Shown: piece by piece, positions 38,129 to 48,833 of the stretch | How positions within the stretch are numbered: position 1 is the first letter of the stretch | Layout of the letters: every line of letters begins with the position of its first letter | Source: a virus | Strand: one strand, 5' to 3' | Virus record (IMG/VR): IMGVR_UViG_3300049491_000419 | Location: 27,483 to 91,482 of that record | DNA: 64,000 bases | Program-made: the position numbers and the translations under genes | The notes under the pieces: model-generated | Told to the model about the DNA's origin: nothing | Seen by the model: the letters and a program-made list of their open reading frames with translations, nothing else | Databases searched by the model: none

Positions 38129-39310
38129 ATGGCAATCAAGGTTAGCACGCTATTAGGACACAATACCGTCGTACAAGACGATGCTACGCCGATACTCGGT
38201 GGAGATCTTGACACTGATGGTTTTGAAATTGCTAATGGTGCGTCTCCAGTAACAATTTCGGGAAATGATTACCCAACAAATACAGGTACGAACGGTCAGG
38301 TCTTAACAACTGACGGTTTTGGTAACCTATCTTGGCAAAGTGCTGCATCTGGATCAATCACCCTAGTAGGTGATGTAACTGGTACAGGATTTTCTCCTGT
38401 AACTACCACTCTAAATAATACAACCGTTACCCCCGGTACATATGGATCAGCCTCATCGGTTGGTGTATTCACAGTAAATTCCCAGGGAAGACTTACAGCA
38501 GCGTCAAATGCTCCAATTTCTATCACACCTGCACAAGCAGGATTGGGTAATGTAACCAATTCATTGCAGGTTATCAATGCGGGTGGAGCACCGAGCATCA
38601 GGGAAGGTACCGGTGCTCCAGTAGGATCCGACACACTCGGTGCAATTTATATTGACAGGGCCACCACTGGCGGCAACGGTATTCTTTATTATGATGGATC
38701 TGCATGGCAAGTTATTGGGCAGAAACTTAACCTATATGATGAAAATTCTGCAACTTTTGTTGCCCCTGTAGCTACTGGAACAGCTTCTATTGCATTAGGG
38801 TCTGGTGCAGAAACATCAGCAACTGCGCCAGGCTCGTTGGCTATTGGTCTTCAATCACTAACAAGAAATCAGGGTGCAGTTGTTCAAGCAAGTGGAAGAT
38901 TTGCAAGCAACGGTGATGCACAAGCTGGTAGGTACATGCTTAGAAATGTTACCACAAGTAATACATCACAAGAACTTTTCATTGACGGTAGCGGCGGTTC
39001 AGTAAGATTGACTCTTCCGGACGATTCAACTTGGACTTTTAGGGTTACCGTAACAGCACACAGAACAGATTTGGGAAATGGACATGCGGGCTATACAGCC
39101 CAAGGGGTGATCTATAGAGGGGTAGGTGCTGCCTCTGTAGCAATCCAAGGATCGGTGAATAAGACGGTGTTAGCCGAGTCAAACCTATCCTGGGATATAA
39201 ATATAACAGCAGATACCACGAACGGTTCATTAAGAATTCTTGTGACTGGTGAAAATGCAAAAACAATTCGCTGGGTCGCTTTAGTCGAAACTGTAGAAAT
39301 TACCAACTAA
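38129..39310 (+). CDS. Fibre protein A of the RWVA..TN paralogue family (393 aa)
   Basis: DATPILGGDLD, GQVLTTDG.G.LSW and VNSQGRLTAA motifs; C-terminal domain shared with the next two genes. Confidence 0.72.
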   Translation: MAIKVSTLLGHNTVVQDDATPILGGDLDTDGFEIANGASPVTISGNDYPTNTGTNGQVLTTDGFGNLSWQSAASGSITLVGDVTGTGFSPVTTTLNNTTVTPGTYGSASSVGVFTVNSQGRLTAASNAPISITPAQAGLGNVTNSLQVINAGGAPSIREGTGAPVGSDTLGAIYIDRATTGGNGILYYDGSAWQVIGQKLNLYDENSATFVAPVATGTASIALGSGAETSATAPGSLAIGLQSLTRNQGAVVQASGRFASNGDAQAGRYMLRNVTTSNTSQELFIDGSGGSVRLTLPDDSTWTFRVTVTAHRTDLGNGHAGYTAQGVIYRGVGAASVAIQGSVNKTVLAESNLSWDINITADTTNGSLRILVTGENAKTIRWVALVETVEITN

Positions 39311-39323
39311 GGAAAACAATAAA

Positions 39324-42074
39324 ATGGATTTTGATTTTGACACGGGCACGATTTACGGCGGACTTTCAGCCCTAGACGTAACAACTCTACCACCACTAGG
39401 CGGACAGCTTGGCGTCCTAACTGTTTATGGAACAGGCGCTATTACAATTCCAAAAGGATCGACAGCACAAGAACCGTCTATTCCAGTATCGGGCATGTTC
39501 CGTTACAATACAGACATTAATCAGCTTGAATATTACGACAGTACAACCTGGCAGCAGCTAACCTCTACTGCAGGAACTGTTTCATCATTTCAGACTACAT
39601 TATCAGGATTAACTCCGAATACAGCGACAACAGGTGCTGTAACTCTGTCTGGCACATTGGGCGCAACGTCCGGAGGTACTGGCACATCCACTGCTCCCGC
39701 GGCTGGCCAGTTTCTATATTCCACTGGTGGCAGTACATATTCTGCGACCGCCTTGTCGGGATTTGCTGTAACAACATTCAGCGCAGGTACAACTGGATTC
39801 ACACCAAGTTCGCCAACAAGTGGCGCAATCACACTTGCAGGTCTTCTGGGACTCGCAAATGGTGGTACAAATGCCTCCTTAACTGCAATCGCCGGCGCCC
39901 CAATTTATAGCACTGCGTCAGCATTTGCACTTGGAACTGCAGGCACAACAGGGCAGGCATATATTTCAGGCGGATCAGGAACCCCAACCTGGAGAAATGT
40001 CTCATCTGACATTGACACGGATCCGAGTGCAATTCTTGCAGGAAATGGCTCCGGCGCATTTACTGCAACAGGTGGAACATTTCAAGGTTCGGGATCATTC
40101 TCAGGTGTCACTCTAAATGGTACTGTTACAAATGGAACAGACGCAACGACAAAGAATTATGTCGACAATGTCGCAAATGGTCTTTCATGGAAACAAGCAG
40201 TTCGTGCAGCAACAACAATTAACGGTACATTGGCAACAGCATATGAAAATGGCGATACTATCGATGGTGTAACACTTGTTACTGGCGATCGTATCCTTAT
40301 TAAAGATCAGAGTACCCAGACAGAAAATGGAATCTATGTTGTAAATGCAACAGGGGCGCCAACTCGTTCATCTGACGCCGATACCGGAACTGAACTTGTG
40401 GGTGCAGCAGTATTTATTGAAGAAGGAACAGTTAATGATAACACTGCATGGACTCAGATTACAAATGCACCTATTACAATCGGTACATCGAATATTGTTT
40501 GGACACAATTTGCTGGTCCGGGATCATACACAGCCGGCAACGGATTAACACTCATAGGTAATCAGTTCTCATTAATTTCCCCAGTAACTGTTGCAAATGG
40601 TGGTACAGGTGTTACAACCGCTCCAACAAATGGTCAGTTATTGATTGGTAATGGTACTGGATACACACTATCGACATTGACAGCTGGTTCGGGAGTTTCT
40701 GTAACAAACGGCGCGGGCACAATCACTGTTGCAAACACAGGTGTTCTATCGGTAACAGGTACAGCTTTCCAAATTGATGCAAGTCCGACAACAGGTGCGG
40801 TAACTCTAAGCATTCCGTCAACATTTATTGCTCCGGGATCAATTCGTGCAACAACTACACTTCAGGTTATTGGTAACATTGCAAAATCGTTCCTATACTC
40901 CGATAACTCGTTGCTTGTAACAACAACCGCAGCACCACTTGATGGAGAATTGCTAATTGGTTCAACTGGTAATAGTCCTTCTAAATCAACTATTACTGCC
41001 GGCACAGGAGTCGTTGTTACCAACGGACCGGGATCAATCACACTTTCTGTAGATTCGGCAGCAGTTGTAACATCATTCAGCGCAGGTACAACTGGTTTCA
41101 CACCAAGCACACCGACAAGCGGTGCAATTACTCTCGCAGGTACATTGAATTTTGCAAATGGTGGTACAGGACTTTCAGCACTTGGTTCAGCTAACCAATT
41201 CTTATCTGTGAATCCGGGTGCAACAGCACTTGAATATAAAACAATCACTGCTGGTACAGGTATTTCTGTAACTCCGGGTGCAGGTGTTCTAACAATTGCT
41301 AACACTGGTGTTACATCGGTCGCACTAGCACTACCAGCATCGGTGTTCAGTATTGCAGGATCACCAGTCACAACAACTGGTACTTTGACAGGTGCATTCA
41401 TTTCGCAATCTGCAAATACAGTATTTGCAGCACCTGACGGATCTTCGGGTACACCTACCTTCCGCGGATTGATATTCAATGATATCTCCAATGCAATTCA
41501 ATTATATAGAGAAAATCCATCAACACCGACAACACCTGTGGCAACTGGTACAAATGCGATTGCTGAAGGTAGTGGATCAACCGCCTCTGGTACAAGCAGC
41601 TATGCAAACGGCGACGGTACAAATGCAAGTATTTTTGGATCAAAGGCCTGGGCTAACGGTTCGTTTGCAACAGCAGGTGATGCTCAATCGGGAATGTATG
41701 TTCTTCGTAATGAAACAACAAACAACACCGCAACAGCATTGTTCCTTGATGGTACAGCAGGAACTCTACGTCTAGTAGTTGGTAATAACTCTGTATGGAC
41801 ATTTGATATTCTTGTTACTGCACGCAGAACAGATGCAACAGGTGGTGGGGCAGGTTATAGATTTGTTGGTGTTATCCGTAAGGATGCAACTGCAGGATCA
41901 ACAACATTTGTTGGTACACCTTCTAAGACAGTTATTGGTGAAACAGATGCAGCGTGGGATGCGGCAGTTACAGCAAACACAACAAATGGTGATTTGAGAG
42001 TTACTGTTACAGGGCAAAATGGAAAAACGGTTCGCTGGGTTGCGGTAGTGCAGACAGCCGAAGTTACAAACTAA
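39324..42074 (+). CDS. Fibre protein B (916 aa)
   Basis: MDFD start, PKGSTAQEP..GMFRYNT, DATTKNYVD, GDRILIKDQ...ENGIY, shared C-terminal domain. Confidence 0.75.
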   Translation: MDFDFDTGTIYGGLSALDVTTLPPLGGQLGVLTVYGTGAITIPKGSTAQEPSIPVSGMFRYNTDINQLEYYDSTTWQQLTSTAGTVSSFQTTLSGLTPNTATTGAVTLSGTLGATSGGTGTSTAPAAGQFLYSTGGSTYSATALSGFAVTTFSAGTTGFTPSSPTSGAITLAGLLGLANGGTNASLTAIAGAPIYSTASAFALGTAGTTGQAYISGGSGTPTWRNVSSDIDTDPSAILAGNGSGAFTATGGTFQGSGSFSGVTLNGTVTNGTDATTKNYVDNVANGLSWKQAVRAATTINGTLATAYENGDTIDGVTLVTGDRILIKDQSTQTENGIYVVNATGAPTRSSDADTGTELVGAAVFIEEGTVNDNTAWTQITNAPITIGTSNIVWTQFAGPGSYTAGNGLTLIGNQFSLISPVTVANGGTGVTTAPTNGQLLIGNGTGYTLSTLTAGSGVSVTNGAGTITVANTGVLSVTGTAFQIDASPTTGAVTLSIPSTFIAPGSIRATTTLQVIGNIAKSFLYSDNSLLVTTTAAPLDGELLIGSTGNSPSKSTITAGTGVVVTNGPGSITLSVDSAAVVTSFSAGTTGFTPSTPTSGAITLAGTLNFANGGTGLSALGSANQFLSVNPGATALEYKTITAGTGISVTPGAGVLTIANTGVTSVALALPASVFSIAGSPVTTTGTLTGAFISQSANTVFAAPDGSSGTPTFRGLIFNDISNAIQLYRENPSTPTTPVATGTNAIAEGSGSTASGTSSYANGDGTNASIFGSKAWANGSFATAGDAQSGMYVLRNETTNNTATALFLDGTAGTLRLVVGNNSVWTFDILVTARRTDATGGGAGYRFVGVIRKDATAGSTTFVGTPSKTVIGETDAAWDAAVTANTTNGDLRVTVTGQNGKTVRWVAVVQTAEVTN

Positions 42075-42088
42075 TAGGATAAAATAAA

Positions 42089-44716
42089 ATGGATTTTGAT
42101 TATTCAACGGAAACGATTACCCCCGAGTTAACAAATTTGTTGACAATCGGGGGAACAGGTGCTCTTGAAGTACCAATTGGTATTACAAGCGAAAGACCTG
42201 TTACAGGATTGGCCAATGGTGCCCTACGGTACAATACTACATTAAGCGTGCTAGAAGGATACATAAACAGCAGTTGGTATACTGTTACCACTGCTGGTAC
42301 ATCGACTCCATTGGTTCTATCTGGTGATGTCTCGGGTACCGGAACAACTTCAGCAGTCACAACAACTCTTGCAACAGTTAATGGAAACGTTGGCACATTC
42401 GCATCTGTAACTGTTAATGGCAAGGGGTTGGTTACTGCGGCAGCAGCACTTTCGGGTGATGCAACCACATCTGGTTCAGTTCTTACATTTGCAACAGTCA
42501 ACGGAAACGTTGGTCAGTTTACTGCTCTTACTGTAAACGGTAAGGGTTTAGTCACCGCAGCAACTAACCTTGCAGCAACAGGTGATGCAACTGGTACAGC
42601 ATCGGGAGCAGGCATTGCATTAACATTGGCAACTGTTAACGGTTCGCCACAAACTGACACATTCCGCAAGATTACTGTTAACGGTAAGGGTCTAGTGACA
42701 GCTACATCGGCAGTCACATCATCTGACATCACCACAGCATTGGGATTCACACCCGTAAATAGGGCCGGCGATACAATGACTGGTATTCTTAATGCCGGTG
42801 GATTTGTTATTTCTAACGTTGGAACTCCGGTAGCAGGTACAGATGCGACAAATAAGAATTATGTTGACGCAGCAGTTTCGGGTCTTTCATGGAAACAAGC
42901 AGTTCGTGCAGCAACAACAGTTAATGGAACTTTGGCAACAGCATTTGCAAATGGACAAACTATTGATGGTGTAACCCTTGCAACAGGCGATCGTATCCTT
43001 ATCAAGAACCAAACAACGCAGACAGAAAATGGAATCTATATTGTTGCGGCATCCGGTACCCCGACACGTTCCACAGATGCCGATACAGGTGCCGAACTTG
43101 TAGGGGCAACAGTTTATGTTGATCAAGGAACAGCAAATGCAGATACTGGTTGGACACAAACAACAAATGCACCTATTACAATCGGTACATCGAATATTGT
43201 TTGGGCACAGTTTTCCGGTTCTGGAGCATATACAGCTGGTACAGGTTTAACACTCACAGGTAATCAGTTCTCCCTTACTTCTCCGGTAGTTGCAACTCTT
43301 GGTGGTACAGGTACAACAACTGCTCCAACAAGCGGACAATTCTTGTATTCTTCGGGTGGTACAACTTATGCACCAACCACACTTACTACGGTAGCAGTCA
43401 CAACTTTTGCAGGTGGTACAACTGGTCTAACTCCAGCCGCCGCAACAAGTGGTGCGATTACGTTGGCAGGAACTCTTGTAGCTGTCAACGGTGGTACAGG
43501 TCAATCAGTTTACGCGGTTGGTGATATTCTATACGCAAGCACAACAACAGCACTTTCCAGACTCGCTGATGTTGCAGCAGGTAGCTATCTACGTTCCGGA
43601 GGTGTCAACACAGCACCTGTTTGGTCAACAACAACATTGCCAAACAGTGCAACAACTGGTGATATTTTGTTTGCTTCAGCAGCTAATACATATACCAATT
43701 TGGCCGATGTTGCAACAGGTAACGTGGTTATCTCTGGCGGTGTTGGTACTGCTCCATCATATGGTAAGGTTGGTCTAACAACTCACGTTTCGGGTACATT
43801 GCCAATCGCAAACGGTGGTACAAATAGTGCTACAGCCCTTTCGGGTAGCTCAATTATGGTTTCTAACGGTACCTCGATTATTCAGGGTGCTGCTGGTACA
43901 ACCACAACAGTTCTACACGGTAATGCAGCTGGTACTCCAACATATGGTGCAGTTTCTCTAACAGCTGATGTCTCCGGTATTCTTCCACTTGCAAACGGTG
44001 GCTCAAATGCTAACTTGACAGCGGTAAACGGCGGCATCGTTTACAGCACGGCTACAGCAATGGCTATCACAGCAGCAGGTACATCTGGACAGGTGTTGAC
44101 ATCCAGCGGTGCAGGTGCTCCAACTTGGACAAGTACATCGGGTCTATTGCAACTCTACAAAGAAAATCCATCATCACCTACAGCACCATCTGCTACAGGT
44201 ACAAATGCTGTGGCAATTCTTTCGGGATCAGCAGCATCCGGTACAAACGCAATCGCAATCGGTGCAGGTACATCAGCAAACGTCGCTAATATCTTTGCTT
44301 ATGCAAATGGAAACTTTGCAACAGCAGGCGATTCCCAGAATATTAGAACCATGTGCAGGAATAGTACAACCGACGCTACAGCAACTCAACTATTTGTAGA
44401 TGGCTCATCACAAAGACTTGTTCTTCCTAATAATTCTGCCTGGACATGTATTATTCGTGTTGTTGGTCGCAGAACTGATGCGACCGGCGGCAACGCTATG
44501 TATAGTTTTCTCGCCGGCGTCACTCGTGATGCTACCGCAGCAACAACCACATTGCAGAACTCTTCAAGAACAATTATTAATGAATCATCTGGTTCATTAA
44601 ATTGTACAATTGCCGCCGATACAACAAACGGATCCCTAAATATCACCGTAACAGGTATTGCTGCACAGACGTGGCGCTGGGTTGCAACTGTTGAAATCAC
44701 ACAGGTAACTAACTAA
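42089..44716 (+). CDS. Fibre protein C (875 aa)
   Basis: Same architecture as fibre B; TVNGKGLVTAA repeats; LP.ANGGT repeats. Confidence 0.75.
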   Translation: MDFDYSTETITPELTNLLTIGGTGALEVPIGITSERPVTGLANGALRYNTTLSVLEGYINSSWYTVTTAGTSTPLVLSGDVSGTGTTSAVTTTLATVNGNVGTFASVTVNGKGLVTAAAALSGDATTSGSVLTFATVNGNVGQFTALTVNGKGLVTAATNLAATGDATGTASGAGIALTLATVNGSPQTDTFRKITVNGKGLVTATSAVTSSDITTALGFTPVNRAGDTMTGILNAGGFVISNVGTPVAGTDATNKNYVDAAVSGLSWKQAVRAATTVNGTLATAFANGQTIDGVTLATGDRILIKNQTTQTENGIYIVAASGTPTRSTDADTGAELVGATVYVDQGTANADTGWTQTTNAPITIGTSNIVWAQFSGSGAYTAGTGLTLTGNQFSLTSPVVATLGGTGTTTAPTSGQFLYSSGGTTYAPTTLTTVAVTTFAGGTTGLTPAAATSGAITLAGTLVAVNGGTGQSVYAVGDILYASTTTALSRLADVAAGSYLRSGGVNTAPVWSTTTLPNSATTGDILFASAANTYTNLADVATGNVVISGGVGTAPSYGKVGLTTHVSGTLPIANGGTNSATALSGSSIMVSNGTSIIQGAAGTTTTVLHGNAAGTPTYGAVSLTADVSGILPLANGGSNANLTAVNGGIVYSTATAMAITAAGTSGQVLTSSGAGAPTWTSTSGLLQLYKENPSSPTAPSATGTNAVAILSGSAASGTNAIAIGAGTSANVANIFAYANGNFATAGDSQNIRTMCRNSTTDATATQLFVDGSSQRLVLPNNSAWTCIIRVVGRRTDATGGNAMYSFLAGVTRDATAATTTLQNSSRTIINESSGSLNCTIAADTTNGSLNITVTGIAAQTWRWVATVEITQVTN

Positions 44717-44724
44717 GATAAATA
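44717..44724 (+). promoter_or_regulatory. Late promoter box GATAAATA
   Basis: Immediately after the stop at 44716, upstream of ATG 44746. Confidence 0.65.
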
Positions 44725-44745
44725 GTTGATTATCAGGGGATTTAA

Positions 44746-45339
44746 ATGGATTTTGATAGCAATCTAGAGACAATTACACCTAATACCCTTACTACCTTAA
44801 CAATAGGTAGTACGGGTGGTGTCGTCGCACCTTCTGGAACCACGGCCCAACGCCCTGGTTCACCAGTTAGTGGAACCTTAAGATACAACACAACAACTTC
44901 TCTAATCGAAATATATCAGAATGGTATTTGGATTAATATTGGATCAACGGTCCCTGCAGGTGTATCTACTAACATTCAATTTAACAATGGTGGAATATTT
45001 GGTGGAACATCTAATTTTAATTACGTCGCCGGAACAAATCCACAGGTAAATTGTATTGGAACAGCGGCTACCACGCAACTTGCAATAGGCTCACCCACAC
45101 CTACAAATACAAATGTCACCCTTGGATCGAATAACTCGACAGTCTTTATTGAAGTTCCTGCTGATACAATATCTGAGGGACTTCGAGTATATTTCCATAG
45201 ATCTACGGCAGGCATCAGCGGATGGATTACATATGATTATGATGGTGCAGCACCAAATATTCGTCTGACAGATGAGGACGACGATCCACCGTATATTCAA
45301 TTTAACACTATTGGTACCGGAACATATTTATTGCCATAA
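44746..45339 (+). CDS. Fibre protein D, N-terminal part (ends at an in-frame TAA)
   Basis: MDFD start, PSGTTAQRP..GTLRYNT; the same frame stays open after TAA 45337-45339. Confidence 0.65.
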   Translation: MDFDSNLETITPNTLTTLTIGSTGGVVAPSGTTAQRPGSPVSGTLRYNTTTSLIEIYQNGIWINIGSTVPAGVSTNIQFNNGGIFGGTSNFNYVAGTNPQVNCIGTAATTQLAIGSPTPTNTNVTLGSNNSTVFIEVPADTISEGLRVYFHRSTAGISGWITYDYDGAAPNIRLTDEDDDPPYIQFNTIGTGTYLLP

Positions 45340-45444
45340 TATACTAGCCTATTTGGAGGTAGGGGTCCGGCCGCCGGCCGCACAACCGGATTCGAATGGA
45401 AACTTGGTACAAATACAGCCGATTGGTCTGCCGCATCAACAATA

Positions 45445-46119
45445 ATGTTAATGGATACGCAATTCTTAACACTACCCGGTGGTTCATTTAATGGTGCCGC
45501 CGCAACCGGTACAACTGCAAATCGTCCGACACCTGCTTCGGGAATGATAAGATATAACGGAACTCTGAACCGATTTGAATCATATGAACAATCTGCCTGG
45601 TTGACCTCCTCTGGAGTGTTAGATAAATCAACAACCTCGGTAACGGCGACCACCGCCGCCGCGACAACGTTGTTTACCTTTTCTGTTCCCGGAAATACAT
45701 TAAACACCGACGGTATATTAAGATTAACTATGAATGGCTCATTTACCGTCGGTGGAACAGGACGAACATGCACTATAACTATTTCCTATGGTGGTACTAC
45801 AATGTGGACCGACACCACTGCAACCGTCACTAACGGATTGGTAATGGGTTGGTCGATGGATCTAATGTTAGCAGCAAATAACTCCGCCAATGCTCAGACA
45901 CTTAGTGGGAATATTACACTGGGAACACCTGGTGCACCAACAACTGGTACTGCTGGTAATTTTGCAGCCGCATTAAATACGGCGCCAACCGCAACCACAA
46001 ATATTTTGGGTTCGGCTGCATTTGCCTCAGCAGGTGCAGGCACATTCTTAGTTCAGGTAAGTTTTAGTGGAACAGTTACCGGATTCATTAAAAATATTCA
46101 TATCTTAGAGAAATTATAA
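45445..46119 (+). CDS. Fibre protein D, C-terminal part (same frame as 44746..45339)
   Basis: Second GTTANRP..GMIRYN motif; no SD at 45445; probably one 457-codon gene broken by a nonsense codon. Confidence 0.55.
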   Translation: MLMDTQFLTLPGGSFNGAAATGTTANRPTPASGMIRYNGTLNRFESYEQSAWLTSSGVLDKSTTSVTATTAAATTLFTFSVPGNTLNTDGILRLTMNGSFTVGGTGRTCTITISYGGTTMWTDTTATVTNGLVMGWSMDLMLAANNSANAQTLSGNITLGTPGAPTTGTAGNFAAALNTAPTATTNILGSAAFASAGAGTFLVQVSFSGTVTGFIKNIHILEKL

Positions 46120-47678
46120 TGGCAACAATATATAATAAAGTTACGAGAGAATGGGGATCAATAGATGATACGTCTTCCCTTTCAACCGATTGGTTAATTA
46201 ATCCTATATTCACAGACCAAAACTTAGCAATGGCGTTGGGACAAGATTATTGGCAATTTACTGGAAATACGATTAGTACAATTACTCAGAACGAATATGA
46301 TATTATTAAAGTTACGCAATCTAAAGATAGAGCGTGGACTTTAATACAGGCCGAAAGAGAACGTAGAATATATACATTAGGTGTACAAGTTTCCTCAGAC
46401 CGATTTCATAGTGATCCTACCTCGCGGGTTCAATTTGTTGCTTTAGCATCTTATGGAAATACAATGCCAAACACCATCTATTGGAAAACAATGTCGGGTT
46501 CTTTCGTCTTAATGACTCCGACATTGGCCTCTCAAATTGTTTCGGCAGTTGCTAGTATGGATTCGGGTATTTTTGCTTATGCTGAGCAATTAAAGTCGGC
46601 TCTTTATGCAAGTACAGATCCATCAAATTTTGATATCTATACAGGTTGGCCAACCACATTCACATCTTTAACAATTGGTAATTTATCGGGAACATTTTCT
46701 AAGGTAACTACTGATTCGGTAGGAAGGGTAGTTTCAGGATCAAATCCAACAACACTTCTCGGATACGGAATAACTGATGCAATTAGTTCATCTGAAAAGG
46801 CAGCTATCAATGGTGTAGCTACATTAGGGGCTGATGTTAAAATCACACCAGCACAGTTACCCTCTGTTGTTTCGGCAATATCTACACAGAATATTGCCCA
46901 AAGATCTTTTCTATCGCAGACTGTAGATATCTCGGGAATACTTCAACCTATGTTGGCACGTAATAAAGTAGGTTATTGGGCGCCACCCGGTAACGGAACA
47001 ACTGTGCCTGGTGTTTTCGGAATTACAGCACCGACCGCCCTCGGGACCGCAACAGCAAGAACCGTTGCTACCACTAATTTAGCCAACAGAATGAGACGAA
47101 TTGGGTATCCCAGCGCGTCCACAGCAGCATCATTTGCTGGTGTGAGAACTGCTGTAGCACAATTCACATGTGGATCGGGAATAGTTCGTGATGGATCGGG
47201 ATTTACTCTTGTCGAACGATGGGTAGAAAGCACACCCGCACCTGTCGCAGGACAACGAGCCTTTGCTGGCATGTCTAGTACCACGGCAGCACCATCAAAT
47301 GTAGAGTCAAACACATTAACTAATTCGATAGGTATTGGTCAACTATCAACAGATGCTACACAATGGTATTGGATACAAGGCGGATCATCGGCACAATCGG
47401 CAATGGCTATTGGGGCATCTATAGGTGCTCCGGCCGGAAACTCGACAACTGTTTGGGAATTAGCTATCTATTGCCCCAATAATATTGCCAATACATATTA
47501 TCTATTACTCACAAATGTAACCACAGGTGTTACAGCGAGTACCACAATGTCGGGTACGTCGGCACAGATACCTTTATCAACGACATTATTGGCTCACAGA
47601 CACTGGATTTGCAATAATGCAACCGCCCTCGCAGTGAGTATGGACCTTTGCTCATTGTATATTGAAACGGACAACTAA
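46119..47678 (+). CDS. DUF4376-like domain fused to a fibre segment and a C-terminal beta domain (519 aa)
   Basis: W.LIQAERERR...FHSDPTSRVQ...WKTMSGSFV.MTP; VTTDSVGRV.SG.NPTTL.GYGITDA. Confidence 0.65.
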   Translation: MATIYNKVTREWGSIDDTSSLSTDWLINPIFTDQNLAMALGQDYWQFTGNTISTITQNEYDIIKVTQSKDRAWTLIQAERERRIYTLGVQVSSDRFHSDPTSRVQFVALASYGNTMPNTIYWKTMSGSFVLMTPTLASQIVSAVASMDSGIFAYAEQLKSALYASTDPSNFDIYTGWPTTFTSLTIGNLSGTFSKVTTDSVGRVVSGSNPTTLLGYGITDAISSSEKAAINGVATLGADVKITPAQLPSVVSAISTQNIAQRSFLSQTVDISGILQPMLARNKVGYWAPPGNGTTVPGVFGITAPTALGTATARTVATTNLANRMRRIGYPSASTAASFAGVRTAVAQFTCGSGIVRDGSGFTLVERWVESTPAPVAGQRAFAGMSSTTAAPSNVESNTLTNSIGIGQLSTDATQWYWIQGGSSAQSAMAIGASIGAPAGNSTTVWELAIYCPNNIANTYYLLLTNVTTGVTASTTMSGTSAQIPLSTTLLAHRHWICNNATALAVSMDLCSLYIETDN

Positions 47679-47683
47679 CCATT

Positions 47684-48208
47684 ATGTATACTATTTTTTT
47701 AGACTCGGGCGAGGTAATGCGTATCTCGGATTCTAAGATTGTCGCGCCAGCTCAAGATGAAAATGATTTAGATTTTATAGAGTATAAGACATGGATCGCC
47801 CAGGGCAATTCACCTACTGTAGGATCAACCTCTGCAGCGGGATTATCCGAGCAAAAAATTGATAAATGGCGTCTAATACAAATTGAACGAGATAGAAGAA
47901 AGGCCGGTGGTGTTCAAGTTGGAGCTAATTGGTTCCATTCTGATGATACATCAAGAATACAGTTTATTGGATTATTGCTGTATGGTGCTAATATGCCAGC
48001 TAATATTATGTGGAAAACAATGTCTGGATCTTTTGTTCAAATGACACCTACATTAGCTCAGCAGATTTTTGGATCCATAGCAGCTAAGGATACATTAATT
48101 TTTACAATAGCAGAAACACACAAGGCCCAGGTATATGCATCGTCGACACCAGGTGTATACAATATCTTTAATGGCTCGCCAGCCTGGCCACTAATATATG
48201 GAGAATAA
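47684..48208 (+). CDS. DUF4376-like fibre assembly protein (174 aa)
   Basis: EYKTWIAQGN.P N-terminal motif; WRLIQIERDRRK.GGV...FHSDDTSRIQ...WKTMSGSFVQMTP. Confidence 0.7.
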   Translation: MYTIFLDSGEVMRISDSKIVAPAQDENDLDFIEYKTWIAQGNSPTVGSTSAAGLSEQKIDKWRLIQIERDRRKAGGVQVGANWFHSDDTSRIQFIGLLLYGANMPANIMWKTMSGSFVQMTPTLAQQIFGSIAAKDTLIFTIAETHKAQVYASSTPGVYNIFNGSPAWPLIYGE

Positions 48209-48209
48209 A

Positions 48210-48833
48210 ATGAAAAATCTTTGGAAATCTTTTGCTAATTGGGCAGTTATTACCATTGGAAAGATACATTGGGGATATAAGAAAGGCCTAACAGCATCAG
48301 AACTTGATGATATTAGAAAACTTCTAACGCCTCACTATTATGTAATCCTTACCCATAGGAAGAATCACCTGTCGACATTCTTTGTTGGTCTTGCAAGTTG
48401 GTTACTAACTCTGAAATGGAGTTATTGGGCTCACGCACTAATGAATCTGGAAGACGAAGTTAAATCTGATGATGACTTTAGGCTTGTAGAAGCAACAGGT
48501 GCTGGAGTTAACTATTCACCATTTGATCTTGTATTTGAAGTTCACGGAGTAACTTTACTCAAGCCTAAGAACATGTCTGCAGATCAGTGGACAGTTGTTA
48601 TGGATAAGGCAATGACCGAAGTTGGCAAGCCTTACGATTCGTTGTTTGATTTGAAGAATGACAGCGCCCTAAGTTGTGTCGAACTTGTTCGTACAGCACT
48701 AATGGCCGAACCAGACTACGAGAAGAACTTTGCTAACTTTGAAGAAATGATCAAGAAGCGTAAGAATCTAACACCACAGATGTTTTACGATTGCCCAGAT
48801 TTTGAAATCGTTTACGAAGTTAGACACCGCTAG
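48210..48833 (+). CDS. Permuted papain-like amidase (YiiX/YebB, NlpC/P60 superfamily)
   Basis: His before Cys order: WAHAL...VEA...GKPYD..FD......CVELV. GGAG SD favours the start at 48210. Confidence 0.75.
   Translation: MKNLWKSFANWAVITIGKIHWGYKKGLTASELDDIRKLLTPHYYVILTHRKNHLSTFFVGLASWLLTLKWSYWAHALMNLEDEVKSDDDFRLVEATGAGVNYSPFDLVFEVHGVTLLKPKNMSADQWTVVMDKAMTEVGKPYDSLFDLKNDSALSCVELVRTALMAEPDYEKNFANFEEMIKKRKNLTPQMFYDCPDFEIVYEVRHR

Noticed and set aside
45337-45339. Alternative genetic code (stop reassignment)
   Set aside because: TAA ends most genes here including the major capsid gene, TAG and TGA also act as stops, and coding density is high under the standard code.
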